From NCBI RefSeq assembly GCF_963921235.1, contig NC_086097.1, forward strand, positions 218,800,001-218,864,000: 64,000 nucleotides of DNA. Reading direction: 5' to 3'. A program made the translations under genes and the position numbers. This document shows positions 14,001 to 27,627 of this stretch, piece after piece; position 1 is the first letter of the stretch; the number at the start of each line of letters is the position of its first letter. The notes under the pieces are model-generated. The model was not told the DNA's origin, did no database searches, and saw only the letters and a program-made list of their open reading frames with translations. The stretch comes from Mobula hypostoma. Its lineage: Eukaryota.

Positions 14001-15149
14001 CCAAGGTGCATAACACAGTACAGAACAAGTCACACACATAATACATAATGTAATATTAGCACAAATAAACTAACAAATAATAAGGTGCATTTATGACACA
14101 AGTTAAAAAGTAAGCGGTGTAATGCTACTGGCGCATCACGCAGAAAAATGATGAAAATTTGGTTGGCTGACCTTATGTTGCCTGATTCACACTCTTACAA
14201 TGGCTTCACAGATGTCTAACAGATTGCTACAGATACTTTAGTTTAGTGTAGATATGAACTATGTGATCTTTTAACAGAGAATTATGAACTGGACACAAGG
14301 TGACATTTTTAGATTCTTTTTAAACATACATCAGTAAATTGACATGAGCGTGAACACGTATCTCATGGAAAACCATGCTATATAGCAGTTGTGGGTGAGA
14401 TTCATTTAACGGCTGAGTTTAAAAATACTAACAAGGGTGATCGGAACCAGACCATATTGTAGTTGTTGCCCTGCATCCACTGGGCTCCTGGACTGACTTC
14501 ATTCACCTCAGCGCTGCCTCACTGTGCAGTCTGCGGACTCACTTTCAGGGAATCTGCAGCTCAAGTTCTCAGTATTATTTGGTGACTTTATTATCTGCAC
14601 GATTTGTATTCATTTGCACATCAGGTGTTTGTCGGTCTTTGGTTTCTCGTGGATTCTTTGTTTTGTGGCTGTCTGCAAAAAAATTAATCTCAAGGTCGTA
14701 CAGTATATGGTATACATATTTTGATGATATATCCACTTTCAAGTCTAATTTCAGCAAGGTGATTTAAAACTACTTTCTAACTTTTCCTGACAAATAGCAT
14801 TTCAGTTTATGCATTGGTTTTTATTAGTAACTTTGACATACTGTGAATTTTACAAAAGATTTCAAAATGATACACCAGTTTATTATTGCATCTGATAATA
14901 CATGTAGAAAAAGTTTCAGTTGATTTCTTTGCATACTGATCTGCCACATTGTGCACTTATGATGGGACCAAGGAAACCAAGAATTCTTCAGCCTTGCACT
15001 GGATATTCTTTCCTTTCAAAGCAGACGTGAAAACATAATGATATTCTACAGACAGAATAGTAGGCTTATTAGCATTTCAATTTAGTCAACATTTTTGCTG
15101 AAGAAGAGCTATTTGAAGCGAAACAAAAACACTTCAATTCCAATTTTCA

Positions 15150-15930
15150 AGTCAAACCAAGTCAAGACAAATTTATTTATAAAGCACATTTAAAAACAAC
15201 CCATATTGACCAAGGTGCTGTACAAAGCATAACAGGTAGCTAAAATCACAAATACAAAAAAAAAACAGATATAAACAACAAGGCACACAGCTTGTAGGCA
15301 CAAAATAAACAACACATAAGCCTAGGCACAAGCCAAAAATCAGTCGCATCAGGAAGATTCAAACGCTAGTGAATAAAGGTAAGTTTTGAGCCTGGACTTA
15401 AAAGAGTCAATGGAGAGGGCAGATCTGATAGGGAGGGGAATGCTGTTCCACAGTCTAGGGGCTACAACAGCAAAGGGCTGTCACCCCTGAACTTAAATTT
15501 AGATTGCGGGACAGCCAGGAGCCCCAAGTCAGCCGACCTGAGGGACCTGGAAATAGAATAAGGGGTTAGATAGGAGGGGGCCAGCCCATTTAGGGCTTAA
15601 TAAACAAACAGGAAAACATTAAAATCAATTCTAAACCATACTGGTAGCCAGTGGAGAGAGGCCAGGATATGGACCCTTTTCCGGGCACCTGTCAGGATCC
15701 TGGCTGCGGCGATCTGGACCAATTGCAGGCGGGACAGGGACGACTGACTAATTCCAGTATATAGGGAGTTGGAGTAGTCCAAGCGGGAGGATATAAGGGC
15801 GTGGATGACTTTCTTGAGATCTCTGAAAGAGAGAAACAACTTGATTTTGGCAATAGTACGAAGCTGGAAAAAACTGGCTTTTACTACTGCATTAACTTGC
15901 TTGTCAAACTTAAAGGCGGTATCAAATGTC
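15150..15930 (-). mobile_element. L2-clade LINE 3' fragment
   Basis: VIHALISSRLDYSNSL...LQLVQIAAARILTG...LHWLPV; (TTGAC)n-like tail near 15150-15170. Confidence 0.85.
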
Positions 15931-16042
15931 ACAATTCATCATATTGCTAGATTTATTGATTACATTTCCCTGACTATTTTGCATTTAACTCTGAAAAATG
16001 CATTTGACAAAACATTGTATATTGCACTAATTAGAAATATCT

Positions 16043-16184
16043 AACAAGAGAATAATCTGCAGATATCTGCAGATGCTGGAAATCTAAGCAACACACACAA
16101 AATGCTGGAGGAACTCAGTAGTTCAGGCAGCACCATGGAAAAGAGAAGCACAGTCGACGTTTCAGGACCTAGATCCTTCGGCAG
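16043..16184 (-). mobile_element. PLE 3'-end fragment with mutated HHR core
   Basis: Family tail sequence with core CTGCCGA; TSD-like GAAATATCT / GAAATCTCT. Confidence 0.75.
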
Positions 16185-17228
16185 GAAATCTCTTTTCATT
16201 TCGTAAGACATTAGCTAACACCAAAATATAAAGTGATATATATACACATACATACACAGTGCAAAAGTCTAAATTTCTGAGGACCAAAATAGATTCAATA
16301 TATGAATAAGTATTATTTTTAAAAACTATTATATTAATTAAATTAATTTTTAATAGCTAAGAAATGAACATGAAATTTTAATGAAAAGTAATAGAAGTCA
16401 TAAGTATTTAATTATTATTCTACCTACTTTACATGGAATATATTTCCTTAAATAGCACATATAATTTGTGAGTGTGATAGTTAAATAAGGATCTCACTGT
16501 AACAGTTATATAAATTAACCATACAAAGACTACTGAATTCTATTAAATTGTATTCTAACGTAAATCAGCAACTTTCCAATATACTTTTTTTTGAGGAGCA
16601 GAACAGAATCCATTTCTATTTGCAGAACCATAAGGTAAACATTAAAAATTGTTATAATATCAATATTTGTAATAAAATTCAAATGCTTAAAAATGTTGAA
16701 CTAAAACCTTGCAAAACTGTCAGAGCTATTGGCTCTTACTTCTAATACTCAGCAGACTGCTTGCTTCTTGTTCTACTCGTACCTTTGAGCAAAGTTGCAT
16801 TGGTATCTGAATTGGAAATAACAGAAGTTAATTTCTTCATTCTCATTTGGGGGATATTTCAAGCCATTTGTATGATTTACACTTAAACTTCAGTGCACAA
16901 CTCTTCGACGTTGTAGATACCAATTTTCAGATGAGGTGTAAAGCCAAAGTTCTATTTGCCATGCCCCAGTAATCTTGTGGAAATTTAAAGATCCTTTAAC
17001 CTTGCCTAACGAGAAACTATAAGACCTTCCTCATTTCTCCACTCTCACTCATCTGGGGCAGCAACAAATTAAATGATCAATCATGTAACTCTGGTTTTGT
17101 GATGCCCAAAATGGCTGCTGTGTTTTCCTACCTGACAATAGCCACTGCAATTCAAAGTTATTAACTACATATTAGATGCCATGATATGTTTGTGTAATTT
17201 ATGGTAAAATGGTATATAAATTAACTTT

Positions 17229-17423
17229 AACACGAGGAAATCTGCAGATGATGAAAATTCAAGCAACACACACAAAAAGTGCTGGTGAACACAGCAGGCC
17301 AGGCAGCATCTATAGGAAGAGGTCCAGTCCTGAAGAAAGGTCTCGGCCCGAAACGTCGACTGTGCCTCTTCCTATAGATGCTACCTGGCCTGCTGCGTTC
17401 ACCAGCATTTTTTGTGTGTGTTG
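17229..17423. mobile_element. 195-bp hairpin PLE-end element with the HHR motif in its loop
   Basis: About 65-bp inverted arms around AGTC-CTGAAGA...GAAACGTC-GACT (17326-17361). Perfect 14-bp TSD TATAAATTAACTTT (17215-17228 / 17424-17437). Confidence 0.9.
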
Positions 17424-17637
17424 TATAAATTAACTTTTCTACCCTTAATGCTTCTCCAAGTGAGTAAATTATCAATTCCCTGAAGGAATCAATTAGTCTG
17501 CCACTGTCTGTGAAACTCTGTACTCCAACTTTTATACGTTGTCAGTGTGTAAAGGTAATCTCACTGTGTATTTTTATCACTGTAGTTTCTTCCAAGACGC
17601 GCATTAAAACAGTTGAACTAGCATTATGCACCAGTAA

Positions 17638-17727
<90 letters not shown>

Positions 17728-18434
17728 TAACTGAAACAATTCATTGTTTATTTCCTATTACTCCATAACCTAGATACTGAACTGTAAAAATGCAAATGAT
17801 CACTTGTGCTGACTTGTTGAAATAGGTATTTGTGTTAACTAGTCACTCACCCTTCATTGGAAACCGTTACTCTCCATTTTTTCTTCCAAGGCTGTCAGTG
17901 GGAATTGGTGGGAATGAGAGTGTAATGCCCTGGTTAAGATTTCTACTGCTATGCTGTAGATATTTCATTTTAGCAGTTTCTGCAAAACCAGTGTGTCCTG
18001 CTGGTAGAACGTTTTGGTTTCGGTTCGAGATAAGAAGCCCTGCTGCCCAACACGGGATTTACACAGCACTTGTTCAAACTGAGGTTTCTTTAATCGGAAC
18101 ATCGCAGCATTCCTGTTTGCTTGAACCTCTAATCATACTGACCCCAGGCGTCTGCTGTTTATGAAAGGTGGCCTTCTCAGCACTGAGTCACCTGGCTGTT
18201 AGCAGAGCCAGCTGATGAGCCAAGTTTGCTTACGAGCCAGTGAGGGGGCCACAAGAGGAAAATAAAATGGATTCAGGTAGAATTACTGTAAAAACGAGTT
18301 CTTGATATATGGTGCAGCAAGAAATATGGTGATATTTCTTGCTTATTTATTATTATTTACATTTTCTTTTGTTTTTGCATTTGCACTGTTTGTTGTCTTT
18401 TGCACATTGGTGGGCTGAATCTACAGCCTTAAAT

Positions 18435-18660
18435 TAAGACCATAAGACCATAAGATTTAGGAGCAGAAGTAGGCCATTTGGCCCATCGAGTCTGCTCTGC
18501 CTTTCAATCGTGGGCTGATCCACTTCATCCAGTCATCCCCACTACCCTGCTTTCACCCCATGCCCCTCGATGCCCTGGCTAATCAAGAACCTATCTATCT
18601 CTGCCTTAAATACACCCAATGGCTTGGCCTCCACAGCCTCTTATGGCAACAAATTCCACA
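18435..18660 (-). mobile_element. CR1 3' UTR fragment
   Basis: (CATAAGAC)n tail and a 3' UTR similar to those at 22650 and 52098. Confidence 0.75.
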
Positions 18661-18881
18661 GGAAGAGATGCATTTGAGGGCAAGCTTGATGGTGGAGGAA
18701 GGGAAGCCCCTTTCTTTGAAGAAGGAGGACATCTCCTTTGACTGGAAATTAAAAATCAAAGTTCAAAGTTAAATTTGTTATCAGAGTACATACATGTCAC
18801 CACACAGAACCCATTGACTCTTTTTATGTGGATGTACTTAGCACATCTATAGAACAGTAACTGTAAACTGTAAACATCCCA

Positions 18882-19421
18882 GTCAGTCAGTCAGTTTGGG
18901 TGCCGTCCCGAATCTGGGGTTGGCAGCTATGCACCTCCATCTTCTTTGATCTTGCGACAGCACCGAGTACAGCCTCTCCTCCAGTTTGTTCTCGCTGGCC
19001 ACCTTGGCATCGCCTGCTGCTGCCCCGCCGAACTCGAGCCCAAGGCCATGTTGGCCTCCAGCCGCAGCCGTTTCTTCAAGCTCAGCCCTTCCTTAGGCGG
19101 AGGCCTTGGGCAGGTCCAGGCACACGGTGCAGCGCCCAAGTTCATCATGTCTCTCCTAACTAGGTGCATAGCATACGATTCGTAGATACGTGGTGAGGCT
19201 TTAATCTCTTCCACGGAAGATGGCCGTTGGCTCACAAGGAGCTCATCCACCCTTTGTCAGGTCTTGTTTTTTTTAGTCCTGCTGAGTGTCCTCACACCTC
19301 CTCACCAGACTAAGTCCGGTGGGGGAGCCGGCCCAAGTCGTCGACACCCGATCAAGGCTCCCGGCCAAGCGCCAGGCGCCCGTCCCCCGCTGAATCTCTC
19401 CGAGCGTCCGGCACCCGACGG
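18882..19421 (-). mobile_element. GC-rich short non-autonomous retroelement, probably RTE-derived
   Basis: 9-bp TSD AACATCCCA (18873-18881 / 19422-19430), (CTGA)n tail, and a 3' end translating as LSQDQRRWRCIAA, like an RTE C-terminus. Confidence 0.6.
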
Positions 19422-19534
19422 AACATCCCAACATTCATTCAAATGAGAGCGGGGATGTTCTCCAAATATCCAGTCAACCTGTATCCCTAACCCAGCATCA
19501 CTAAAGATAAACAGAATATCTAATAATGTAACTA

Positions 19535-20350
19535 ACAATCTGTTAGAAGAACTCAGCAGGTTGAGCAGTAATTGTGGAAGGAAAGGAATTCTTGGATCGA
19601 AAGCCTCCATCAGGAATGACAGCAAAGAGGTGAGATGGCCATATAAAGAAGAAAAGGGAAATGGTGAGATTGGAGACGGTGAAAGGTGGTAAGTATTGAG
19701 GAAAGATACGTGGCTGAGGTAGCAAGTCTTGTAAGAACATGCCAAAGAGTTGAAGAGCAGTGGAGACCACAGAGGGTCTGTAGGAGAGGGTCTCACAAAA
19801 TGTCCATTGGAGAGAGGAGGAAAACTTCTTTGCAGTTGGTGTTCCTTGAAGCAAAGAACAATTTGCTGGGGATCTTCTAAATACTGCCTGTCCACTGAGT
19901 TCCTCGAACAAATTGTTCACTGCTCCCGATTCCAGCATCTGTTGTCTCTTGTGTCTTCATTATACCACTCCACTGTGAGTCTCTTCAAAGCACACCGACT
20001 TTGAAGGAAGTTTCATTCCATGTCCAATGGAAGTTCTGTGAGACCCACTCTCAATGCTCCCCTATATGGTTTTCACTACTCTCTGACTACTTGGCCACAC
20101 ATTCTTACCAAGACTTGTTATGACTGCAACATATCCTTCATCATTACTTGTCATCTTACTCCCTTTTCAGTCCACTAAACTCCTTGGACTTCTGCCTCAC
20201 TACCTAACCCCAAACTCCCTCCCCCTCACTTTATATTAGCCATCTCAGTTCTCCACTCTAGGTCCCTAAGCAGAATTTTGACCCAAAACATCAACTATTC
20301 CTTTCCTCCCATAGATCCTTCTCAACCCTTCAGCAGGTTGTTTGTTGCTC
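19535..20350. mobile_element. Old decayed PLE pieces in both orientations
   Basis: Remnants of the family tail (GAACTCAGCAGG; TTCCAGCATCTG) and degenerate HHR-like strings near 19590-19615 (-) and 20262-20297 (+). Confidence 0.55.
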
Positions 20351-20361
20351 TGCAATGTCTT

Positions 20362-21927
20362 AGAAACATAGAAAACCTACAGCACAATACAGGCCCTTCG
20401 AACATGCTCTGCGAACATGTCCCTTCCTTACAACTACCTAGGCTTTACCCATAACCCTCTATTTTTCTAAGCTTCATGTAGCCATCCAGGAGTCTCTTAA
20501 AAGACCCTATCATTTCCGCCTCCTCCACTGCCGCCAGCAGCGCATTCCACGTACTCACCACTCTGTGTAAAAAAAACTTACCCCTGACATCTCCTCTGTA
20601 CCTGCTTCCAAGCACCTCTCATCCTCCATCACTCCAAGGAGAAAAGGCTGAGTTCACTCAACCTATTCAAATAAGGCATGCTCCCCAATCTGGGCAACAT
20701 CCTTGTAAATCTCCTCTGCACCCTTTCTATGGTTTCCACATCCTTCCTGTAGTGAGGCGACCAGAATTAAGCACAGTACTCCAAGTGGGGTCTGACCAGG
20801 GTCCTATATACCTGTAACATTACCCTCGGCTCTTAATCTCAATCCTAACCACAGAGTCAACCTGCATAGTAGCTTTGAGTGTCCTATGGACTCAGACCAT
20901 AAGATCCCTCTGATCCTCCACACTGCCAAGAATCTTACCATTAATGCTATATTCTGCTATCATATTTGACCTACCAAAGTGATCCACCTCACACTTATCT
21001 GACTTGAACTCCATCTGTCATTTCTCAGCATCCTATCAATGTCCTGTTGTAACCACTGACAGCCCTCCACACCATCCACAACACCCCCAACCTTTGTGTC
21101 ATCAGCAAATTTACTAACCCATCCCTCCACTTCCTCATCCAGGTCATTTATAAACATCACAAAGAGTAGGGGGTCCCAGAACAGATCCCTGAGGCACACC
21201 ACTGGTCACCAGCCTCCATGCAGAATATGACCTGTCTACAACTACTCTTTGTCTTCTGTAGGCAAGCCAATTCTGGATCCACAAAGCAATGTCCCCTTGT
21301 ATCCCATGCCTCCTTACTTTCTGAATAAGCCTTGCATGGGGTACCTTATCAAATGCCTTGCTGAATTCCATATACACTACATCTACTGCTCTACCTTCAT
21401 CAATGTGTTTAGTCACATCCTCAAAAAATTCAATCAGGCTCGTAAGGCACGACCTGCCTTTGACTAAGCCATGCTGACTATTCCTAATCATATTATGCCT
21501 CTCCAAATGTTCATAAATCCTGTCTCTCAGGATTTTCTCCATCAACTTACCAACCACTGCAGTAAGATTCACTGGCCTATAATTTCCTGGGCTACCCCTA
21601 CTCCCCTTCTTGAATAATAGAATAACATCCACAACCCTCCAATCCTCCGGAACCTCTCTCGTCCTCACTGATGATGCAAAGATCATTTCCTGAGGCTCAG
21701 CAATCTCCTCCCTTGCTTCCCACAGTAGCCTAGAGGTACATCCTGTCCGGTCCTGGTGACTTATCCAACGTGATACTTTCCAAAAGCTCCAGCACATCCT
21801 CTTCCTTAATGTCTATATGCTCAAGCTTTTCAGTCCACTGCAAGTCATCCCTACAATTGCCAATATTCTTTTCCGTAGTGAATACTGAAGCAAAGTATTC
21901 ATTAAGTACCTCCGCTATTTCCTCCGG
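20362..21927 (-). mobile_element. CR1 LINE, 5'-truncated with internal deletions
   Basis: PEDWRV...GNYRPV...SQHG...FSKAFDKV...PQGSVLGP...KFADDTK; CATAGAAA tail. Confidence 0.92.
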
Positions 21928-22649
21928 AGTCTTGTGTCACTACTTAACAGTATATCTGTATGTGGGACTTGCTGTGCACAATTTCACTGACACATTGTGC
22001 TACATTAAAACAGTGCGTATAATTCAAATCCACTTAATTGATTAGATTTCCCAATGATGTGTTACGTATTATGTAAAGGCAAGTCACCTTCTTTTCTTAC
22101 AAGTGGTATGTTATTACTTTGGTGCGGGTGAATTTGCTTCTGTGAGCTATCGTTTTAATGAATTGCCATAATTATTTCCCACCATAAAGGAGAGATTGTT
22201 TACTATGAAACCTTAAATGACTGTTCCATCTCTAATCTCATTTTCTTAGTAAATGCACTTACATTCACTTGCATTTCAAAACAACAATTTGTTCTGACAC
22301 ATTATTTCATCCTGATAACTTTATCTGATTGATATATTTAATAAGATGCCCAATGGTATCTTGCAAATATTTGCTCTTTTTATATTAGTTTGCTTAATCA
22401 GGTTTCTTTAATTATTGCCTAGAAAATGGATTGGATATATTTTGGATGTGCTAAGGTATAGTGCAAATGTAAAATTGGCTTCCCATTATAAGAACATGCA
22501 ATTAGTCAAAAGCTTGTGTAAAGCAGCAGTGGGGTATTATACAGTACATCCACAAAGCATCTTTAACTCATGACCTGATAGTTCTTGGATTACACTAAAT
22601 TCAGTGCTGCAGTTAGTGAGTGAAGTCCACCATCATGGCACATTTCCAT

Positions 22650-22980
22650 AAAACTGTAAGACACAACATCAGAATTAGGCCATTCGGCCCATTGAGTCTG
22701 CTCCACCATTTCATCATGGCTGATTTATTATACCTCTCAACCCCATTCTCCTGCCTTCTCTCAGTAACCTTTGATGCCCTAGCCAATCAAGAACTTATCA
22801 ACCTCGCTTTAAATATACCCAATAACTTGGCCTCCACAGCTGTCTGTTGCAATGAATTCCATAGACTCTGATAAAAGAAATTCCTCTTCATCTCTGTTCG
22901 AAAGGGACACCCTTCTATTTTGAGACTCCCCACTATAGGAAATTTCCTCTCCACAACCACTCTATCTAGCCCTTTCCCGT
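22650..22980 (-). mobile_element. CR1 3' fragment
   Basis: Similar to the other CR1 3' ends in the window. Confidence 0.7.
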
Positions 22981-23513
22981 GGCAGTCAGGCAGCAGCGCA
23001 TATTATAGTTATGATGGAGAAGGATAAAGATGAACTTTGAGACATTGAATTCCTTATAACAATGATAAATACCTGAAGGGATGTTCTGTGTGTATAAGGG
23101 ACAGAGGGTTGACCGAGTCTTGTTGACAGAAGTTCATGAGGGGTGGCTATTTGATGGCTTGAGTTCTTCCTTCCGGGACTGTATGAACTCAGACAGCAGG
23201 AAGAAGTGGAGGAAGGAAAAATGGAGGAATATGAAGTTATCTTTTCAGAGTAGTGGTGATTAAAGTTCTGGAGCCTGGTGGTCGTAGGGTAAAAAACTGT
23301 TCCTGAAACAGATGGTATGGGAGCCGAGGCTCCTGTAATACTGAGAAGTGAGCATGTCCTACATGATGGAGGTCTTTTATGATAGATGCTGTTTCCTTGT
23401 GGTTTGGTTGGTGAACACACGCCACCCAGCACAGAAGCAGAATGAGGCTCCAACAATATGCTATCAAGGAGCAGGTTAATGTCCTCGTGGAGCAGACGGA
23501 TGCCACTCTTGAA

Positions 23514-25274
23514 TGTAGAACTGCAACGTTCCGTTATATTGACTCGTGTATGTCTAGGGGAAATCCCGCCCAGCACCTGCTTCAACACTCCCCTTAGGGT
23601 AGGTCACAGCCCGAATCAATCCCAAACATCAATCATCAGCCAGCACACCCAGTAAATTTTAACAAATACACTTTATAGATATTACTAATTCTATGACATT
23701 AATATAAATTTGATACACAGAGGAAAATAATGAAAAAAAAGGCGCCAACACTTATCAAAGTCCAAGATCTTCGCGCGCTACTGTTGGAGCTCAATCGAAT
23801 CCCGACGACCACCCAGATCCTGTCGACTCACGGCTCGGGACCACCCGGAGTGATCGACTGGAGTCTCTCCGCACGTCCGCCGTCCTCCCCGTCTCTCCTC
23901 CGACTCCCCGCCAAAAACCCCCTCCATCGTCCTCCCCGTCTCTCCTCCGACTCCTCGTCTCTCCACCGACTCCCCGTCTCTCCTCTGACTCCCCCCAAAA
24001 ACCCCGTCCACCGTCCTCCCCGTCTCTCCTCTGACTCCCCATCTTTCCATCATCCTCCCCGTCTCTCCTCTGACTCCCCGTCTCTCCTCTGACTCCCCCC
24101 AAAAACCCTGTCCACCGTCCTCCCCGTCTCTCCTCCGACTCCCCATCTTTCCATCATCCTCCCCATCTCTCCTCCGACTCCCCCTCTCTCCTCTGTCCTC
24201 CCCGTCTCTCCTCCGACTCCCCGTCTCTCCACTGTCCTCCTCGTCTCACCACCGTCCTCCCCGTCTCTCCGCCGTCCTCCTCGTCTCTCCACCGACTCCC
24301 CGTCTCTCCTCTGACTCCCCCCAAAAACCCCGTCCACCGTCCTCCCCGTCTCTCCTCCGACTCCCCATCTTTCCATCATCCTCCCCGTCTCTCCTCCGAC
24401 TCCCCGTCTCTCCTCTGACTCCCCCTCTCTCCTCTGTCCTCCCCGTCTCTCCACTGTCCTCCTCGTCTCACCACCGTCCTCCCCGTCTCCCCTCCAACTC
24501 CCCATCTCTCCTCCGACTCCCCGTCAAAAACCCCGTCCGTCGTCCTCCCCGTCTCTCCTCTGACTCCCCGTCTCTCCACCGTCCTCTTCGTCTCTCCTCC
24601 GACTCCCCACCAAAACCCCCGCATGTCCACTGTCCTCCCCGTCTCTCCTCCGACTCCCCACCAAAACCCCCGCACGTCCACCGTCCTCCCCGTCTCTCCT
24701 CTGACTCCCTGCCAAAAACCCCCACACGTCCGCCGTCCTCTCCGTTTCTTCTCCGACTCCACTCCAAAAACCCCGTCCACCGTCCTTCCCGTCTCTCCTC
24801 CGACTCCTCACCAAAACCCCCGACGTCCACCGACCTCCCCGTCTCTCCTCCGACTCCCCACCAAAATCCCCGTATATCCACCGTCCTCCCCATCTCTCCT
24901 CTGACTCCCCGCCAAAAACCCCCACACGTCCGCCGTCCTCTCCGTCTCTCCTCCGACTCCCCCCCAAAAACCCGTCCGCCGTCCTCCTTGTCTCTCCTCC
25001 GACTCCCCGTCAAAAACCCCGTCCACCATCCTCCCTGTCTCTCCTCCGACTCCCCGTCAAAACTCCAGCTACAGTCATATCATACAGCATGGTATCCGAA
25101 AACAAAATGATACATAACCACCCATTGGCTAATAGAACGCTGCTCTCTCACTTTAAAATAAAACAAACTGCTAGCGCAAACTCTCTTCAATGTTTAACAC
25201 AACAAAGCCGCATTTTCCAGATTAACATAACAAAGTCGCCATTTTAACTCTAACAAAAAGAAAGACTCCGTACA
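23514..25274. mobile_element. LTR-like element containing a minisatellite
   Basis: TGTA...TACA termini and a GC-rich body. The TSD is imperfect: only GAA is shared. Confidence 0.45.
23865..25062. repeat. C-rich compound minisatellite
   Basis: Dozens of reshuffled modules: CCCCGTCTCTCCTCCGACT, CCGTCCT and CCAAAAACCCC. Confidence 0.95.
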
Positions 25275-25277
25275 GAA

Positions 25278-25700
25278 CATACAATTTAGAAATCTACAGC
25301 ATAATACAGGTCCTTCGGCCCACAATGTTGTGCTGACCATGTAACCAACTTTAGAAACTGCCTAGAAATACCCTACTGAATAGCCCTCTATTTTTCTAAG
25401 CTCCATGTACCTATCTAAGAGTCTCTTGAAAGACCTTATTGTATCCGCCTTCACCACCATCACCAGCACTGCATTCCATGCACCCACCACTCTCTACATG
25501 AAAAACTTACCCCTGACATCCCCTCGGTACCTATTTCCAAGCACCTTAAAACTATGCCACCTCGTGTTAGCCACTTCAGCCCTGGGAAAAAGCCTCCGGC
25601 TATCCACACAATGACCAATGGCTCTCATCATCTTTATACACCTCTATCAGGTCACCTCTCATCCTCTGTCGCTCCAAGGACAAAAGGCCAAGTTCTCAAT
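25278..25700 (-). mobile_element. CR1 3' fragment
   Basis: Reverse complement of the CR1 3' end seen at 2250-2630. Confidence 0.8.
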
Positions 25701-26677
25701 GAGGAGCTGCATGCCATTCATGCTGTTGCCAGAGGAAATAGGAACACCACACATGAGCAGTACACATTTGTTCAGGAAGAAAGAGACGATGCATGTCAAT
25801 GGCAAAAGAGATGTAGATGTGCTGGTATGTTGAGATATGTCAAGACTGAACAGATAGCTATCCAGTTGTCAAAGCCTTCTGCCCCTAACTTGCACCTGAG
25901 TTCTTCACTATGAGTTGTTCTGCGGAGGAGAGGGAGGACAGCAGAAACAAGACACCTGCAGCTTGGTGCACCACGCCTAGGTCACCCCCAAGCTTGCAGG
26001 TTGAAATGATGATGTTCTAGATCATTGCACCATTTTCTGCCCTATCCCCTGAGAAGACGTACAATGTGCAGCTTGGAGCCACCCAAGAAGTCATCAATTC
26101 ACTTCAGAACACAGTGACTCAAGCAGCATATTTACTTTTGTCCCACAGTTAGTCACCCCAGATTGATCCTTCAGCTGGCCAGAGCCACCAGCTTGAGGAC
26201 AGCCCACTTTGAGCAAGTTTTGAGGATATCTGTACAAATTCTAAGTAACAGCGAGGAAACCTTCCAGGTGGCTAACTTATAACCACTGACAGGACATCAT
26301 GACGTAGCGTTAGGCCTTCAAAATCTACCTACAAAATTCTCAAGTAGGAAAGGCATGAAAATATCTACACTGATAATTATGATATTTGTCCAGTGATATA
26401 TATTGTATAATTTCACCTTGTACAAACAATTCAGAAGATTTAAGCAATATTCAAATGAATTCTCACTGAAGAGAGAATTCGTGTACAAAAATAAGTCGTA
26501 ATGATGTGACATCATTGATACCTATCAGGAAAGAATGCTAATATAATACATGTCATGTCAGCATGCTTGAGCAAAGATGTGCAATGCCTTTCAATTAGGG
26601 ATGGATCTGCCTAGTTGTTCTTGCAATTATTGGATCTGAGCTTCAGTGTAAAATTTCTCCAGATTGTAAACATGTCT

Positions 26678-26831
26678 CAGCAGGTTGGGCAGCATCCATG
26701 GAAACGATGAGTGAAGGGTTCCGGCCCGATACGTCGACTCATCGTTTCCACGGATACTGCCCGACCTGCTGAGTTCCTCCAGCGTGTTGTGAGTGTTGCT
26801 TTGACCCCAGCATCTGCAGAGTATTTTGTGC
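26678..26831. mobile_element. Short inverted PLE-end element with decayed HHR
   Basis: Inverted CAGCAGG...ATCC / GGAT...CCTGCTG arms. TSD GTAAACATGTCT / GTAGACATGTCT (26666-26677 / 26832-26843). Confidence 0.75.
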
Positions 26832-27627
26832 GTAGACATGTCTGCAGCCTGCTCTGCTCTTCCAATCACAGCTCTGTAAGCTTTAACTTTTTCTCAACAG
26901 TACAAGTTACCCAATGCATAAAGGAGTAGAGAAATTTTATTGATTCACACACACAAATCACTTCAGTTATTGAAGTATAATAGTGGAAGGAGGCATATGA
27001 CCCAGTGGAGATGTATAAGTTCCCCAGCTATTGACTGATCAGTCAAACAATAAACAATGAAATGTCTCACCATCAGTCACACACACTAACAATGTCCCTT
27101 TTCATGGTCATCATCTCAAGCTCATCAAGTTATCAATCCATGATAGGCACTGAAGGACCTAACTCTTTGTTAGCTGACTATTTCAAGGAGCTGGCAAATG
27201 GTTGCAGTCCATCATTTCCTAGTTATGTCAGCTCATTAAAGAACTAATCCCAAGAAAACATGTACTGCAACCAGCTCCTTGATTAGATAATGTAGCATTG
27301 ATCTTTCCACATCACTCAAATAGTCTATTTAAGAACTGCTGCTTTGCCCGCTCTGAGATCAGCAATTTAGTTGATTGAACTGTCTTATCAGTCTGAACCT
27401 ACTGATGCTATGGACTCTGTTTCTCTTGTCTGCATCCAAGAAAACATCACTTGCTTAATTTATTTCTCTGAAGGAAGTGTAACCTGGACTAAGCCCTATT
27501 ACCAGGGGACACAAACAGTTGCTTTGGAATATTTGTTTAAAAAAAAAATCTGTTGAACCTTTAAATTACTGTCTCATCACCCATCTGTTCATTCTCCTCA
27601 TGTATTTTCCTTCCTGACTGCAATACC

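Noticed and set aside
18927..19250. 107-aa ORF as a host gene
   Set aside because: Lies wholly within a TSD-flanked retroelement and has no recognisable domain.
23730..25029. Many overlapping Arg/Gly/Glu- or Pro/Ser-rich ORFs
   Set aside because: Artefacts of a stop-poor minisatellite.
25700..26315. GC-balanced stretch that looks coding
   Set aside because: No convincing ORF, splice pair or recognisable motif; possibly an old TE remnant.
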